A stretch of 64,000 bases of DNA from an uncultured SAR86 cluster bacterium (GCA_902558095.1 CACECP010000001.1:90050-154049); one strand, 5' to 3'; positions 45,083 through 56,300 are shown, counted from the first letter of the stretch. Numbers and translations: made by a program. The notes: generated by a model from the sequence alone, not told the origin.

Positions 45083-46558
45083 ATGATTAATATAAAATTA
45101 AATCCACTTTGGAGTAAAACTGTTTTAGTAATAACATTTAGTTTTTTGTTATTACTGTCATCTTATGTACTTCTAGATCCGGATGGAAGTTCAAAAAACT
45201 TATCAAATATCTACAATTTTTTTGCAACAAACTTTGAATCCTTTTTTTTATATTTTGGATTTGGTGTATTGCTAATTTTAATATTTGTAGGTATCTCTTC
45301 AGCAGGCTCAAAAAAGATTATTTTAGAAGGTAGAAAAGATTATTCATATTTTTCTTGGTATTCAATGTTGTTTGCTACAGGAATGGGTGCTGCCCTTTTA
45401 TATTGGTCTACATATGAATGGCTTGTTTACTATACAGATCCTATTGCTGGAGAAGAAAAATCATTGTTAAAAGCAAGATCGTATCCATTATTTCATTGGA
45501 CATTCACAGGTTGGGCACTCTACATATTACCTACTGTAGCGTTTGTTTTTTCGTTAATGAAAAATTCAAACACATCTTTAACTTTTTCAGGAATACTTCT
45601 AAAAAAACAATCTGGACCAATTAGAATAATTTTAGATATATTTTTTATTGGAGCAATTCTTACCGGAGCTGGAGTTGGCTTGGCATTATCTTTTCCTCTT
45701 CTATCTGCTGCTATATCCAAATTATTAAACATAAATCAATCATTATATTTAGATTTTTTAATGTTATTTATCTGTATGTGTATCGTCGCTATAAGCGTGT
45801 ATAGAGGACTCCAAAATGGCATTAAAAAATTAAGTAATTTTAATATTATTCTTGTGATAATTTTTTTATTTTTAATTCTAATAACTGGGCCTACAAAATA
45901 TATTATTTTTAATACACTAGAATCTTTTTCATATGTAATAAAAAACTATTTTTCCTTAAGCTTAACTAAATCTAAATACTCTCTGGATTGGACGGTATTT
46001 TATTGGGCATGGTATATAGCACTTGCCCCTGCTGTCGGTGCTTTTATTGTCAACATATCTAACAATAAGACTATAAGAGAGCTTATTTTTGGAGCCATAA
46101 TTGTTGGATCACTTGGTTGTATTTTTCATATTGGAGTTTTATCAAATATATCAATTTATTTTTACGAAAATGCCATATTGGATGCACCAAAAATTTACGA
46201 AGATGGGTCATTAACATCACATGCTCTTGTGGTTGAAACTATTTCATCATTAAACTTTGGTTTAGTATTTTTAATAATTTTTGCAATTATTGCAGTTGTG
46301 TTTTTATGTACAACTTATGATTCACTTTCTTATATATTAGCTACTGCATCTATGAAAAACTTTAAAGATAAACCCACAAGAAGCTTAAGGGTATTCTTTG
46401 CAATAATTCTTATGATTCAACCAGCTTTAATAATGTTTATGGGTGGAAAAGACTCTTTTATGTGGCTTTTAGTAGTAATATCTGTACCATTGATGGTTAT
46501 TTACATATTCTTAATATTATCGATATTTAAAAATGCAATTAAATTTAAAAAATCATAG
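45083..46558 (+). CDS. Divergent BCCT-family transporter
   Basis: 491 aa with about 12 TM. The signature region is DWTVFYWAWYIALAPAVGAFIVNISNNKTIREL, a BCCT core with substitutions of the usual WW and Arg residues. Confidence 0.7.
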   Translation: MINIKLNPLWSKTVLVITFSFLLLLSSYVLLDPDGSSKNLSNIYNFFATNFESFFLYFGFGVLLILIFVGISSAGSKKIILEGRKDYSYFSWYSMLFATGMGAALLYWSTYEWLVYYTDPIAGEEKSLLKARSYPLFHWTFTGWALYILPTVAFVFSLMKNSNTSLTFSGILLKKQSGPIRIILDIFFIGAILTGAGVGLALSFPLLSAAISKLLNINQSLYLDFLMLFICMCIVAISVYRGLQNGIKKLSNFNIILVIIFLFLILITGPTKYIIFNTLESFSYVIKNYFSLSLTKSKYSLDWTVFYWAWYIALAPAVGAFIVNISNNKTIRELIFGAIIVGSLGCIFHIGVLSNISIYFYENAILDAPKIYEDGSLTSHALVVETISSLNFGLVFLIIFAIIAVVFLCTTYDSLSYILATASMKNFKDKPTRSLRVFFAIILMIQPALIMFMGGKDSFMWLLVVISVPLMVIYIFLILSIFKNAIKFKKS

Positions 46559-47411
46559 AGCAAATATATTTGAAAAAAATCCATTCGATGTAAATAAAAC
46601 ATCAATTGTGTTTGTTCCTGGTGCAGGAATGGACCATCGGATAATTTCTATGTTCAATCTAGACGACCTTGATAATGAATATAATGTTTTAGGCATAGAT
46701 TTACCAGGACATGGATATACATCAGGCCCAATAGTAGATTCAATAAGAGATCATACAGATTTCTGTATAGATATTTTTAATGAAATTAACATTAAGAAAC
46801 CAATTGTAATTGGTCATAGCTGGGGTGGATTAGTTGCACTTGATCTGGCAACAGAATTTGAGAACAAAATGACTATTTGTATGAATATTGCATACCCATT
46901 TTTAGTTGGAGATATGTTGCTTGATTTTGCAAAAGGAAATTTAGATCAAGCAGTGGAATTTTTAATGAAATATGGAATATATAAATTTCCAAAAACTGAA
47001 ATTAAAACAAAAGGATTTGGAACAATGGGTTCAGGGTTTTATGGAAGATCAAAAGGACAAATCAAATCTCCCTATGGAACAAAAGTTGTTGAAGACGATC
47101 CAGAAAGAGAAATTAAACTTTATCCTTTAAAAAGATTGTTTAATCAATCAGAAAAAGAAATAAGCTCCATAGACTTAAAATCATGTAATGTTTTTAGATT
47201 ATCGGATGATCAAATATCAAAATTGAAAAATGTAAAATATATATTTAGCGAAAAGGATAAATTAGCGAGATATAATCCTGAAAATATTCTCTTGAAAAAT
47301 GTCGATCATGAAAAAGATATAATAATGTTGAAGGACGTAGGACATTTTCCATATTTTGAAGAACCAGATGTCATATCTAAAGAATTAGTTCAAATCATTA
47401 AGGCTAAATAA
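46533..47411 (+). CDS. Alpha/beta hydrolase
   Basis: 292 aa with VFVPGAGMDH, nucleophile elbow IGHSWGG and a C-terminal GHFPYFEEP. Confidence 0.75.
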   Translation: MQLNLKNHRANIFEKNPFDVNKTSIVFVPGAGMDHRIISMFNLDDLDNEYNVLGIDLPGHGYTSGPIVDSIRDHTDFCIDIFNEINIKKPIVIGHSWGGLVALDLATEFENKMTICMNIAYPFLVGDMLLDFAKGNLDQAVEFLMKYGIYKFPKTEIKTKGFGTMGSGFYGRSKGQIKSPYGTKVVEDDPEREIKLYPLKRLFNQSEKEISSIDLKSCNVFRLSDDQISKLKNVKYIFSEKDKLARYNPENILLKNVDHEKDIIMLKDVGHFPYFEEPDVISKELVQIIKAK

Positions 47412-48431
47412 CTTTCTTAAGATATATTCACTGCCCCATCTATCATTTGTTCTATAACACTTAGCTGTATTCAAATCATTTTGTATGTCACTTACACATG
47501 TACCAAAATTTGTGTAAGAACTAGTCTTTGATTCTTGGTCATATCCTGCCTCTGGCCACATATGATCTGAATTTAAATTTAAAATTGACATAATTTTTAT
47601 ATTCTCATCGCATTCAAAAAAAGTTTTTTCTTCAAATTCTTCATAATGTTTAAATAATGACTTCTTTTGATTTTTACAATTAAATGCATTCTTCCAATTT
47701 TCAATAAATTCAGATTGTGTTTCATAAAAAAGTCCATCATATGAAATCTTTCCAATAGGTGGAATGGTTTTGTCTTTTAATGAAGCATATGAAATAAAGT
47801 TAACTGGCTCATCAGGCACACAGGAAAAACCATACCTAGGCAATCCATTTATACTTATAGCTGCTTTAACTGATTTAGGGTATTTGCAAACATATGAATT
47901 TACAAACATTCCACCAGTGCTATTCCCAATTAAATATACATCTTTTACATTGAATTCAATTTTTAGGTTATCAATTAATTTTTTTATAAATTTTGTATCA
48001 TCAACACAGGGTGCCCAACCACATCTACCACGATCACAGTTTGGAAACTTTGGATAAATAATTCTTTTGTTATCAGCTAAACAATTATTTGAAATTTCGT
48101 CATTAGAAGTTTGTCTTATGATGTCATTAAAGGTTGTAACTAAAGTATTTTCTTTATCATAAAAATATGTCGATTCAGGATATACGGCTATAAAGTTGTA
48201 TTTATCTGCTAGTTTGTTAAAACCACCAGAGACTTCACTCTCAAAACCTGAAGCAGTCCCGCCATACCCATGAAATCCAAATACTATGTTTGTTTTTATG
48301 GCTTTATCGTATGTGTCTGGAACATAAATAAGATAATGCCTTGAGGTGTCATCTTCTAAGAGATATATCTTTTGCATTTCACCGCTAAAGAGTATATTGC
48401 TTATGAATATAAGATAAATTAAATATTTCAT
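47385..48431 (-). CDS. Secreted esterase, PHB-depolymerase/LpqC-like family
   Basis: 348 aa with a signal peptide. Motifs are FGFHGYGGTASGF and nucleophile elbow LIGNSTGGMF. Multiple Cys residues are present. Confidence 0.6.
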   Translation of the reverse strand: MKYLIYLIFISNILFSGEMQKIYLLEDDTSRHYLIYVPDTYDKAIKTNIVFGFHGYGGTASGFESEVSGGFNKLADKYNFIAVYPESTYFYDKENTLVTTFNDIIRQTSNDEISNNCLADNKRIIYPKFPNCDRGRCGWAPCVDDTKFIKKLIDNLKIEFNVKDVYLIGNSTGGMFVNSYVCKYPKSVKAAISINGLPRYGFSCVPDEPVNFISYASLKDKTIPPIGKISYDGLFYETQSEFIENWKNAFNCKNQKKSLFKHYEEFEEKTFFECDENIKIMSILNLNSDHMWPEAGYDQESKTSSYTNFGTCVSDIQNDLNTAKCYRTNDRWGSEYILRKLFSLNDLN

Positions 48432-48432
48432 T

Positions 48433-49332
48433 TTAATTGATATCTAAAAAGGATTTTAATTCATTATATGCCAATTCTTTTTGTAGGCCGCTAAAAACTT
48501 CATGCCTATCATTTTCAATTTTTATATTCTTAACGTTAGAAAAAACTTTTGATAGCATCTTGTATAAAGATTCTATTCCTTTGCCAAAATCACTAACAGG
48601 ATCTTTAGTTCCTGATATCATTAAAATTGGAAGATTTTTATCAGAATTAATATAATTTTTTTCTTTAAAAGCTTTTGTGCATCCTATAGCAATATCTTTC
48701 CACATAGAATTAGTTACGCTAAAACCACAAAACTCATCTCTTACATAATCATCAACATTTACAGGATCAGATGATATCCAATCAAAGGAAGTTCTATTAG
48801 GTTTAAATTTTTTATTCCACGACGTATCTGTTAAATAATTAAGGATTGAGTTAACTGAATCTTTTCCAAAAAATATTATTGATATATTTATTAAGAATTT
48901 TTGAGCAAACATTATAAAGTTTGGAAACTTTGAGGAACCAGAAATAATTAATCCTTTTATTTTTATATCTTTCATTATTAAATTTAGGCCTACCCATGAA
49001 CCCATGCTATGCGCTATAAGGTATTGATCAAGATTAGGAAAATTATTATTTGTATTGATAATAAGATTTCTAAGATCATCTGTAATTACCTCCCATCCAT
49101 TATCTTTTGCGAAAACCCCCTTCTTATGGTTATTTTTTATCCATTTACCATGCCCTCTATGATCAATAGAAATGACATGATATCCATCATTATTTAATTT
49201 ATTTATTAGCCATTTATATCTTCCAATATGTTCTCCTTTTCCATGACATATATGAACTATGCCATTTGGATTTGGTAAATTTGATAAATGCTTATAAATA
49301 TATTTATTTTCAATAGAGGTGTTTAAATTCAT
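48433..49332 (-). CDS. Alpha/beta hydrolase (lysophospholipase / monoacylglycerol lipase-like)
   Basis: 299 aa with HGKGEH, IDHRGHG, nucleophile elbow AHSMGS and a C-terminal DRHEVF. Confidence 0.7.
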   Translation of the reverse strand: MNLNTSIENKYIYKHLSNLPNPNGIVHICHGKGEHIGRYKWLINKLNNDGYHVISIDHRGHGKWIKNNHKKGVFAKDNGWEVITDDLRNLIINTNNNFPNLDQYLIAHSMGSWVGLNLIMKDIKIKGLIISGSSKFPNFIMFAQKFLINISIIFFGKDSVNSILNYLTDTSWNKKFKPNRTSFDWISSDPVNVDDYVRDEFCGFSVTNSMWKDIAIGCTKAFKEKNYINSDKNLPILMISGTKDPVSDFGKGIESLYKMLSKVFSNVKNIKIENDRHEVFSGLQKELAYNELKSFLDIN

Positions 49333-49371
49333 AATTTATAATAAACTGATAACCAAAATATTGAAATCAAC

Positions 49372-50487
49372 ATGGAAGAAATACATATTGCAGGAACAGG
49401 GATTTGGTACCCAGAGGATGTGATTACCAATGATGAGATCGTATCTTCATTTAATGCATATGTAGATGATTTTAATTATAAGAATAAAGAGGCTATTGAT
49501 TCTGGCAATACAGAGCAACTAGACCACTCTTCATCTGCCTTTATTGAAAAAGCCTCTGGAATTAAAACACGGCATGTAATTGATAAAAAGAATATTTTAG
49601 ATATCAATAGAATGATGCCTTTAGTTGAACATGAGGATGAATCTAAATTATCTATTCATACTATCGTAGGAATTCAGGCTGCAAAGAAAGCTATGAAAGC
49701 AGCAAATGTAGAACCATCTGATATTGATGCTGTTATTTTAGGCACATCTCATGCAGCAAGAAATTATCCATCAGTGGCTATTGAAATTCAGAATGAATTA
49801 GGTATTGATGGATACGCATATGATATGCTTGTTGGTTGCTCATCAACTACTTTTGCCATTAATAATGCTATTAGTGATATTGCTTCTGGATTGGCAGAAA
49901 CAATTTTGGTTATAAATCCAGAAATTTCAACTCCTTTTGTTAACTATAAGAAAAGAGATATTCATTTCATATTCGGAGATGGTTGTGTTGCTTCAATTAT
50001 TTCTAAAAAGAATAATTCAAATAATGCATTTAAGATAATAGATCGTAAGCTAATTACAAAATTTTCAAACAATATCAGAAGTGATTGGAGTTACCTGGCC
50101 AGGGCAGCTGGTGATGAAAAATCATTTGATGATCTTCTTTTTTATCAAAATGGTAACAGTGTATTTAAAGAGGTATGTCCTTTGGTTGCTAAATTTATCA
50201 AAAACCAACTAGAAAAGGTTAATTTGAGCCCCAATGAAATAAGTAAATTTTGGTTACATCAAGCTAACTCAAGAATGGTGAACTTAATAGTTTCAAAAAT
50301 TATTGGTTCTGATAATTTTGATACTGATCTTGCTCCGCTACCAATTGAAAAATTTGGTAATTTAGCTAGCGCTGGATCAATGTTTGCATTCAATCTTCAC
50401 AATGATCTAAAAAAAGGTGAAAAAGGTCTAATTTGTTCTTTTGGTGCAGGATATTCCGTTTGTTCAATTATTGTAGAAAAAGTCTAA
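49372..50487 (+). CDS. Beta-ketoacyl-ACP synthase III-like condensing enzyme (long FabH-type)
   Basis: 371 aa with Cys-His-Asn triad contexts LVGCSSTTFA, WLHQANSRM and FGNLASAGS. Confidence 0.75.
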   Translation: MEEIHIAGTGIWYPEDVITNDEIVSSFNAYVDDFNYKNKEAIDSGNTEQLDHSSSAFIEKASGIKTRHVIDKKNILDINRMMPLVEHEDESKLSIHTIVGIQAAKKAMKAANVEPSDIDAVILGTSHAARNYPSVAIEIQNELGIDGYAYDMLVGCSSTTFAINNAISDIASGLAETILVINPEISTPFVNYKKRDIHFIFGDGCVASIISKKNNSNNAFKIIDRKLITKFSNNIRSDWSYLARAAGDEKSFDDLLFYQNGNSVFKEVCPLVAKFIKNQLEKVNLSPNEISKFWLHQANSRMVNLIVSKIIGSDNFDTDLAPLPIEKFGNLASAGSMFAFNLHNDLKKGEKGLICSFGAGYSVCSIIVEKV

Positions 50488-50528
50488 ATTAAATTTATTT
50501 AAATGATTAAAGGATTTATAATTCGGGT

Positions 50529-50672
50529 ATGGGTGAATACGACGCAGTTTGGGTTTTCTTAATTTGTTTAGCTTTTGTAGGTTTTTATATCTATATTGAA
50601 GCAAGACCCAAGGGATCTAATTTTTTTGGAGGTATCTCAGAAACAATAAGTAGATTCTTTAGAAGCAAATAA
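50529..50672 (+). CDS. Unannotated 47-codon ORF, small TM peptide coupled to tspO
   Basis: Manual translation: MGEYDAVWVFLICLAFVGFYIYIEARPKGSNFFGGISETISRFFRSK. The TAA overlaps the tspO ATG (TAATG). Confidence 0.4.
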   Translation: MGEYDAVWVFLICLAFVGFYIYIEARPKGSNFFGGISETISRFFRSK

Positions 50673-51118
50673 TGCACGCGGTTAATCCGAAAATAAGTGT
50701 CATTGCCTTAGTCCTTATTACTTATATTGTTGGTAGTCTAGCATCATCGAGCGCAGGCACCGATTTATGGTATCAAAGCCTTGTTAAATCTAATTTAAAT
50801 CCTCCTGGATATGTGTTTGGAATAGTTTGGTCAATATTATATTTGTTGATGGGAATAACAGCCTGGAGAACCTTTTACACAATAAAAAATCTTTTTTATA
50901 TTCAATTATTTTTTAACGCTATATGGTCGTGGTTATTCTTTTCATTTCATTTGCCAGTAATATCTTTAATTGATATTTGGCTCTTGATATTTATAAATAT
51001 AAAAATATTATTTATGATTTTAAAGCAAGATAAGTTAGCTGCATTTCTATATACACCTTATATAGTGTGGTTATTATTTGCTTCATATTTAAACTTATTT
51101 ATCGTTCTAAATAATTAG
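50672..51118 (+). CDS. tspO: TspO/MBR family tryptophan-rich sensory protein
   Basis: 148 aa with 5 TM. Motif WYQSLVKSNLNPPGYVFGIVWSILYLLMGITAW. Confidence 0.85.
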   Translation: MHAVNPKISVIALVLITYIVGSLASSSAGTDLWYQSLVKSNLNPPGYVFGIVWSILYLLMGITAWRTFYTIKNLFYIQLFFNAIWSWLFFSFHLPVISLIDIWLLIFINIKILFMILKQDKLAAFLYTPYIVWLLFASYLNLFIVLNN

Positions 51119-52365
51119 ATAAATATTCCTACTATCAGCCCTGTCATGCATGATGCTAATGTAGCACCTACTAGAGCTTTAAAAGATACTTTAATTAGAT
51201 CGTCTTTCCTTTCGGGGGCCATTGCAGTAATACCTGAAATTAATATCCCAACAGATGAAAGATTTGCGAAACCACATAAGCTATAAAATGTTATAAGTTT
51301 AGATCTTTCAGAAAGTGCGCCGCTTTCTATACCAGCAAGAGCCGGATAAGCTACAAATTCATTTAATGTTGTTTTTATACCCAATAGTTCACCAGCGATT
51401 ATTGCTTCGTCCCAGGGTATTCCCATCAGCCAAGCAATTGGTGCAAAAATATATCCTAGGATAATTTCTATCGATAAATCAAAACCAAATTGAGATGTTA
51501 TAAATCCTAGAATAGAATTTACAATATAAACAAGAGCTATTACTGCAATTAGTATTGTTCCAACACTAACTGCGATACTTGCTCCATCAGATGTACCTTT
51601 TGTAACAGCATCCATTGAGCTTTTATATACTTTTGGAACCTTTTTTTCGTCAAAATCTGTTATTGAGTTTGAAGGTATCATTATATTTGCATACATAATT
51701 GCTGCCGGAACAGATAATACAGACGCTGTTATAAAATGTTGAATTAAATTCTGATCAACAAATACATCTTTTAAAATAGCTATTAAAGCAACCATGACCG
51801 AACCAGCAACAGTCGCCATTCCAGCAGTCATTAAAATTAAAAGTTCTTTATTTGATAACTTACTTACGTAAGGTCTTACTAGTAAAGGAGCCTCGACTTG
51901 ACCAACAAAAACATTTGCAGCTGCTCCAAGGCCAACAGGTCCACCAATATTAAACAACTTTTGACATGCTTTTGAAATTAAATTAACTATAAAAGGAAGA
52001 ATACCCCAATGCCACAATATTGCAGATATACACGCCATTACAATTATGTAAGGCAATACGCCGAAAGCGAACGTTTCTAGAAGAGATATATATGGAGTTG
52101 ACATATCACTTGGTGGATATCCAAAAACAAATTTTGCTCCCTCAACTGTTGCATTTTGAAGTACAACTACTCCATTTCCCAGCACTTCAAAGGCTTCAAT
52201 TACAAATGGTACTTTTAGAAGAATAGCTGCTAATATTATTTGAGAAAGTATCCCGTAACCGACATACTTATAATTGATAATCTTAAAATTATCTGAAAAT
52301 GGTATAGCTATTGCTATCAAGCCAATGAAGCCAATTATTATTTGTAATACTGTCATAATATCCAT
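51115..52365 (-). CDS. nupC: NupC-family concentrative nucleoside transporter
   Basis: 416 aa polytopic protein with CNT C-terminal motif LCGFANLSSVGI. Confidence 0.8.
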   Translation of the reverse strand: MDIMTVLQIIIGFIGLIAIAIPFSDNFKIINYKYVGYGILSQIILAAILLKVPFVIEAFEVLGNGVVVLQNATVEGAKFVFGYPPSDMSTPYISLLETFAFGVLPYIIVMACISAILWHWGILPFIVNLISKACQKLFNIGGPVGLGAAANVFVGQVEAPLLVRPYVSKLSNKELLILMTAGMATVAGSVMVALIAILKDVFVDQNLIQHFITASVLSVPAAIMYANIMIPSNSITDFDEKKVPKVYKSSMDAVTKGTSDGASIAVSVGTILIAVIALVYIVNSILGFITSQFGFDLSIEIILGYIFAPIAWLMGIPWDEAIIAGELLGIKTTLNEFVAYPALAGIESGALSERSKLITFYSLCGFANLSSVGILISGITAMAPERKDDLIKVSFKALVGATLASCMTGLIVGIFI

Positions 52366-52366
52366 A

Positions 52367-53269
52367 TTAATAGAGCTTGATTTCTTTTAATCTTTGATTT
52401 AAAAAATCATCTGCAAGTATGCCTTTATCATCATCTCTATATATGGATTTTAAATTAATTGAGGGGGCTGGGTGCAAGAAAAATGGAATACTATATCTTG
52501 GTTTAGATTCAGATTTTTTGTCTTGAATTACTCTATGAGTAGTACTTTTTAATTTATTATCTGTAACTAATTGCATCATATCTCCAATATTACAAACAAT
52601 TGCTTTAGAGCTCGGTGCAACTTTTATCCAATTACCATCTTTGCTTAACACCTCTAAACCACCCTCTTCTGCTCCAATTAAAAGTGTTATTAAATTTATA
52701 TCTTCATGAGCACGAGCTCTGTGAGGATTAGATTCAGAGTCTACAGGAGGATAATGTATTGATCTCAAGAGTGAATTCCCTTTCTTGACCCATGATTCAA
52801 AATAATCACTTTCAAGTTCTAATGAAAGTGCTATAACAGAAAGAACTCTTGATCCAATGTTGTGTAATTCTGAATATAAATTATCAAAATTTTTATTAAA
52901 ATTTGGTACCTGTTCAATTATTAAATTTTGAGGTATTTTTTTATCAAAAGATTCGTCGATAACTGGTCCATGATGCCAAAATTCTTTTTGGTCTGCTATC
53001 TTTTCACCTACTGCGGTTTCAATACCTTTAGGTGTATAACCTCTTGCACCTTTTGAGCCTACCGAACTATATGTATTTTTAATATCGTAATCTAAATCAA
53101 AAAACTCTTTTGATGATTTATAACAATCATCAACAAGACTATCGGACAAACCATGTTCAGTTATTGAAAAAAAGCCATGATTAGATAAAGCATCTTTTAA
53201 TAAATTAATAGAGAATGTATCTCCTCTTTCAATTTGTTTAAAAGATAGTTCAGGTATTAAATTATTCAT
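52367..53269 (-). CDS. 2-oxoglutarate/Fe(II)-dependent oxygenase (isopenicillin N synthase-like family)
   Basis: 300 aa with facial triad HEDINLITLL (HxD) plus STTHRV, and an RYSIPFF (RxS) 2OG-binding motif. Confidence 0.8.
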   Translation of the reverse strand: MNNLIPELSFKQIERGDTFSINLLKDALSNHGFFSITEHGLSDSLVDDCYKSSKEFFDLDYDIKNTYSSVGSKGARGYTPKGIETAVGEKIADQKEFWHHGPVIDESFDKKIPQNLIIEQVPNFNKNFDNLYSELHNIGSRVLSVIALSLELESDYFESWVKKGNSLLRSIHYPPVDSESNPHRARAHEDINLITLLIGAEEGGLEVLSKDGNWIKVAPSSKAIVCNIGDMMQLVTDNKLKSTTHRVIQDKKSESKPRYSIPFFLHPAPSINLKSIYRDDDKGILADDFLNQRLKEIKLY

Positions 53270-53271
53270 AA

Positions 53272-53298
53272 TAAAAAGGCGGTAAAAAAACCGCCTTT
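53272..53298 (-). terminator. Rho-independent terminator after TBDR-3
   Basis: Stem ggcgg/ccgcc extended by A/T pairs. On the minus strand it is followed by UUUUUAU, which runs directly into the oxygenase ATG (53269). Confidence 0.7.
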
Positions 53299-53317
53299 AA
53301 ATTATATATAAGTATGA

Positions 53318-56300
53318 TTAGAAATTATACTTAAATCCTAATTGAGCTCTCCAAACACTCTGAGTTGCTGATAGGCTCATGTTGTATGGGTCATCAAAGC
53401 TATATCTATATGCATTTCTGCTGTAATCATACTTTGTACCATCAACAATTCTTAAGTCTATTACAGGTATTCTTCCTGAATAATATCCATACCTAACAAC
53501 ACCTTTATCGTCATCTATAAGATTCAGAAGATTCTCAATACCTAGTGTTATAACAAACTCATCGTTGTCTCTAAAGCCAGGTAATATCTGGGTAACCTTG
53601 AAATCTAATGAAGACTGCCATGGGAATCTCATAGAACCTCTATCAGCTATTTCACCAGCCTTACCTTCAAGACCAAATACGTTATAAAGAAGATTTAAAA
53701 CAGCCTCTTCACGTGCAAGAGCATCAGCTGAACCTTCATCTAAACATTTATATGAATAACAAACGATTGGATCATTTCTTGTTGGTATATATAGTAATGC
53801 TGAACTATCATCATTTAAGTTATAATCATAACCAAAAGCCTTAGTTTTGTAATCGCCTGTCCAGCCAGTGAATGTGTCAAAAGTTGGATAAGCTGGTAAT
53901 CCAGATTTTCTTTCAAAAATTAAAGTAAAGGTTGTTGGTTTATCAGGTCCAAAGAAATAATGTTTGGATCTTAATGTAGCTAAAAGTCTATGCTCTGTTT
54001 CGTAAATTGACGTCATTGCTCTTCTGTTATTGAAGTCAATCGCACCAGTTTTACCAAAATTAGAGTTTGATGTAGATGAAGTCATCCCACTCAGCTCTGT
54101 ATTATTCTGACCTGTATAACTTACAGAAAGAACTGTATCTCCATCTCTAAATGCCTTATTTAGAGTTGCTGAAATAACCTCTCTTTCACCACAACAGTCG
54201 TTATATAGACCAGCCTTATATGTTCTTCTGCCAGTCATGTTATAAATAGGTCTGCCATCTGGTGCAACTTCAGTAGGCACTGTTGGTATATCTCCATCTA
54301 AAGGATATCCAGTATCTATAACTTTATATAAAGCTTCCTCTTGTTTAGATTTTAAATATGTAACACTGATGTCCATATTGTACGGAAGATCTCTTTCATA
54401 AGTTATGTTAAGAATTTTTGAATCAGGCCATTCAAAGCTTGGTGCAATAAAGTCAATCTTTGAATCCGTTAAAGGAGCATCCTGAATTGCTTGTTGAACA
54501 CAAGCAGGTAAACCTGAGCCTGGAGATGTTAATGGATCACATCCTGCTGGAGCATTTGCACTGTTATATGCTGAAACTCTTACACCATCATTTGTATAAG
54601 CGTTTGAAATCCAAACAGCTGGCAGTTTTGCAGAATAAGTTCCGTATGTAACATTTAAATCACTTACATCATCAATCATTACATCTAGTCCAAGTCTTAC
54701 ATTGGTAAGGCTTGTTCCATCAATACCTGCATTAGCAAAACCATATGTTTGTTCAAAAGCAGCATTTTTAGCTGGCGCGTCGTTTGAATCATATTCATCA
54801 TGCCTAATACCAGCAGTTACACTTAATCTATCAGAGATTGTAATTTCATCCATTACATATAAAGATGTTAAACCATAATCAAAAACAGCAGCTGCATCAT
54901 CAACATTTCCTGTCTTAGCATTATTTGCACTAAATGAGCTTGCAACACCTGCCTGATAGTCGGCTAATGTATCAAATTCCCATTCACCATCTTGGGCAAC
55001 AATAAATACGTTATATATATCATATGTTGTATTTTCATAGCCAGCTGTAATTTTATGATTACCTGTATAATAAGTAAGTTTTGCTTTCAAGAAATCTGTT
55101 TCAGTGGCTAATTTATTCGCACTTCTATATATATCAGCACCTAAATATACCCTCATCCCATATGCATCATCGATATAAAAATTGGGGACATCCTGCCCTG
55201 CAGGAGAATTTTGACTTGTGTCAGTAGATTTATTGGAATAGTAAATTTCTGATATTAAGTTATCTGACCAGTCTGAAACCAAAAGAATACTAGATGTATC
55301 AGTTTTTTCACCCTTAAAGTATGAAGCTGATTCAAAGTAAAAAGATGAATTACTTCCACTGGCTCTTAAACGGTCACCTTCAGTGTTTTTATAATTATAA
55401 GTTAATCTATGGTTGTCATTTAAAATATAGTCGATTCTTAGAGAAGTATTTTCTTGTTTAGATTCTGTTGTTGATGCTACTCCAAGAGGATCCCAACCAT
55501 ACTTGCTAATTGTTAATTGTCTTAGACTATCAACTTGTTCAAGAGTTATAGCTTGCTCATTAGCAGCGCCTGATCCTGCTGGACCATATAAAACTGGATT
55601 AGTTACAGTCGTATCTTCATAGGTAACATAAAAGAAAGCTTTATCTTTGATAATTGGACCACCAAAGGTAAAACTTTGAGCTGTATCTTCTTTATCAAAA
55701 GTATATTTTTTGCCTTCAATTTTATCACCGTAAAATTGATCACCTCTGTCATAATAGCCTACGCTTCCCTCAAATTCATTTGTACCACCTTTAGTAACAA
55801 ATTCGATGATACCGCCTCTAAAATTAGAATATTCAACAGAAGCAGGAGCTACTTTTACAGACATTTGTTCTATTGCATCGAGATTTATAGGGCTTCTTTG
55901 TGATGGATAGCCATTGTCATTCAAACCAAAATCATCATTAAATGATACGCCATCAACTTTTATATCATTACTTCTTGGATGAGCTCCTCCAATTGAAATA
56001 CTTGCATAATCGTCTTCAGCGTCATCCAAAGAAACTAATGGGTTTAATTTAATTAAATCTTTAATGTCTCTTGTAACAGATGGTGTTTCTTGGATTGTTT
56101 GGGCATCAATTGTAGATGAAAAACCAAGACCATCATCTGCGGTTATCCTTTGAGCTGTTACAACAACATCATCAACAGATGTTGACGATTTAAGGTTAAA
56201 AGATAATCTAGAAGTTTCACCGACAACAAGACTTGTAGTTACTTTATCTGATAGTAAACCAGCTGCACTTACTTTTATAGTGTAAGGACCGCCTGGTCTT

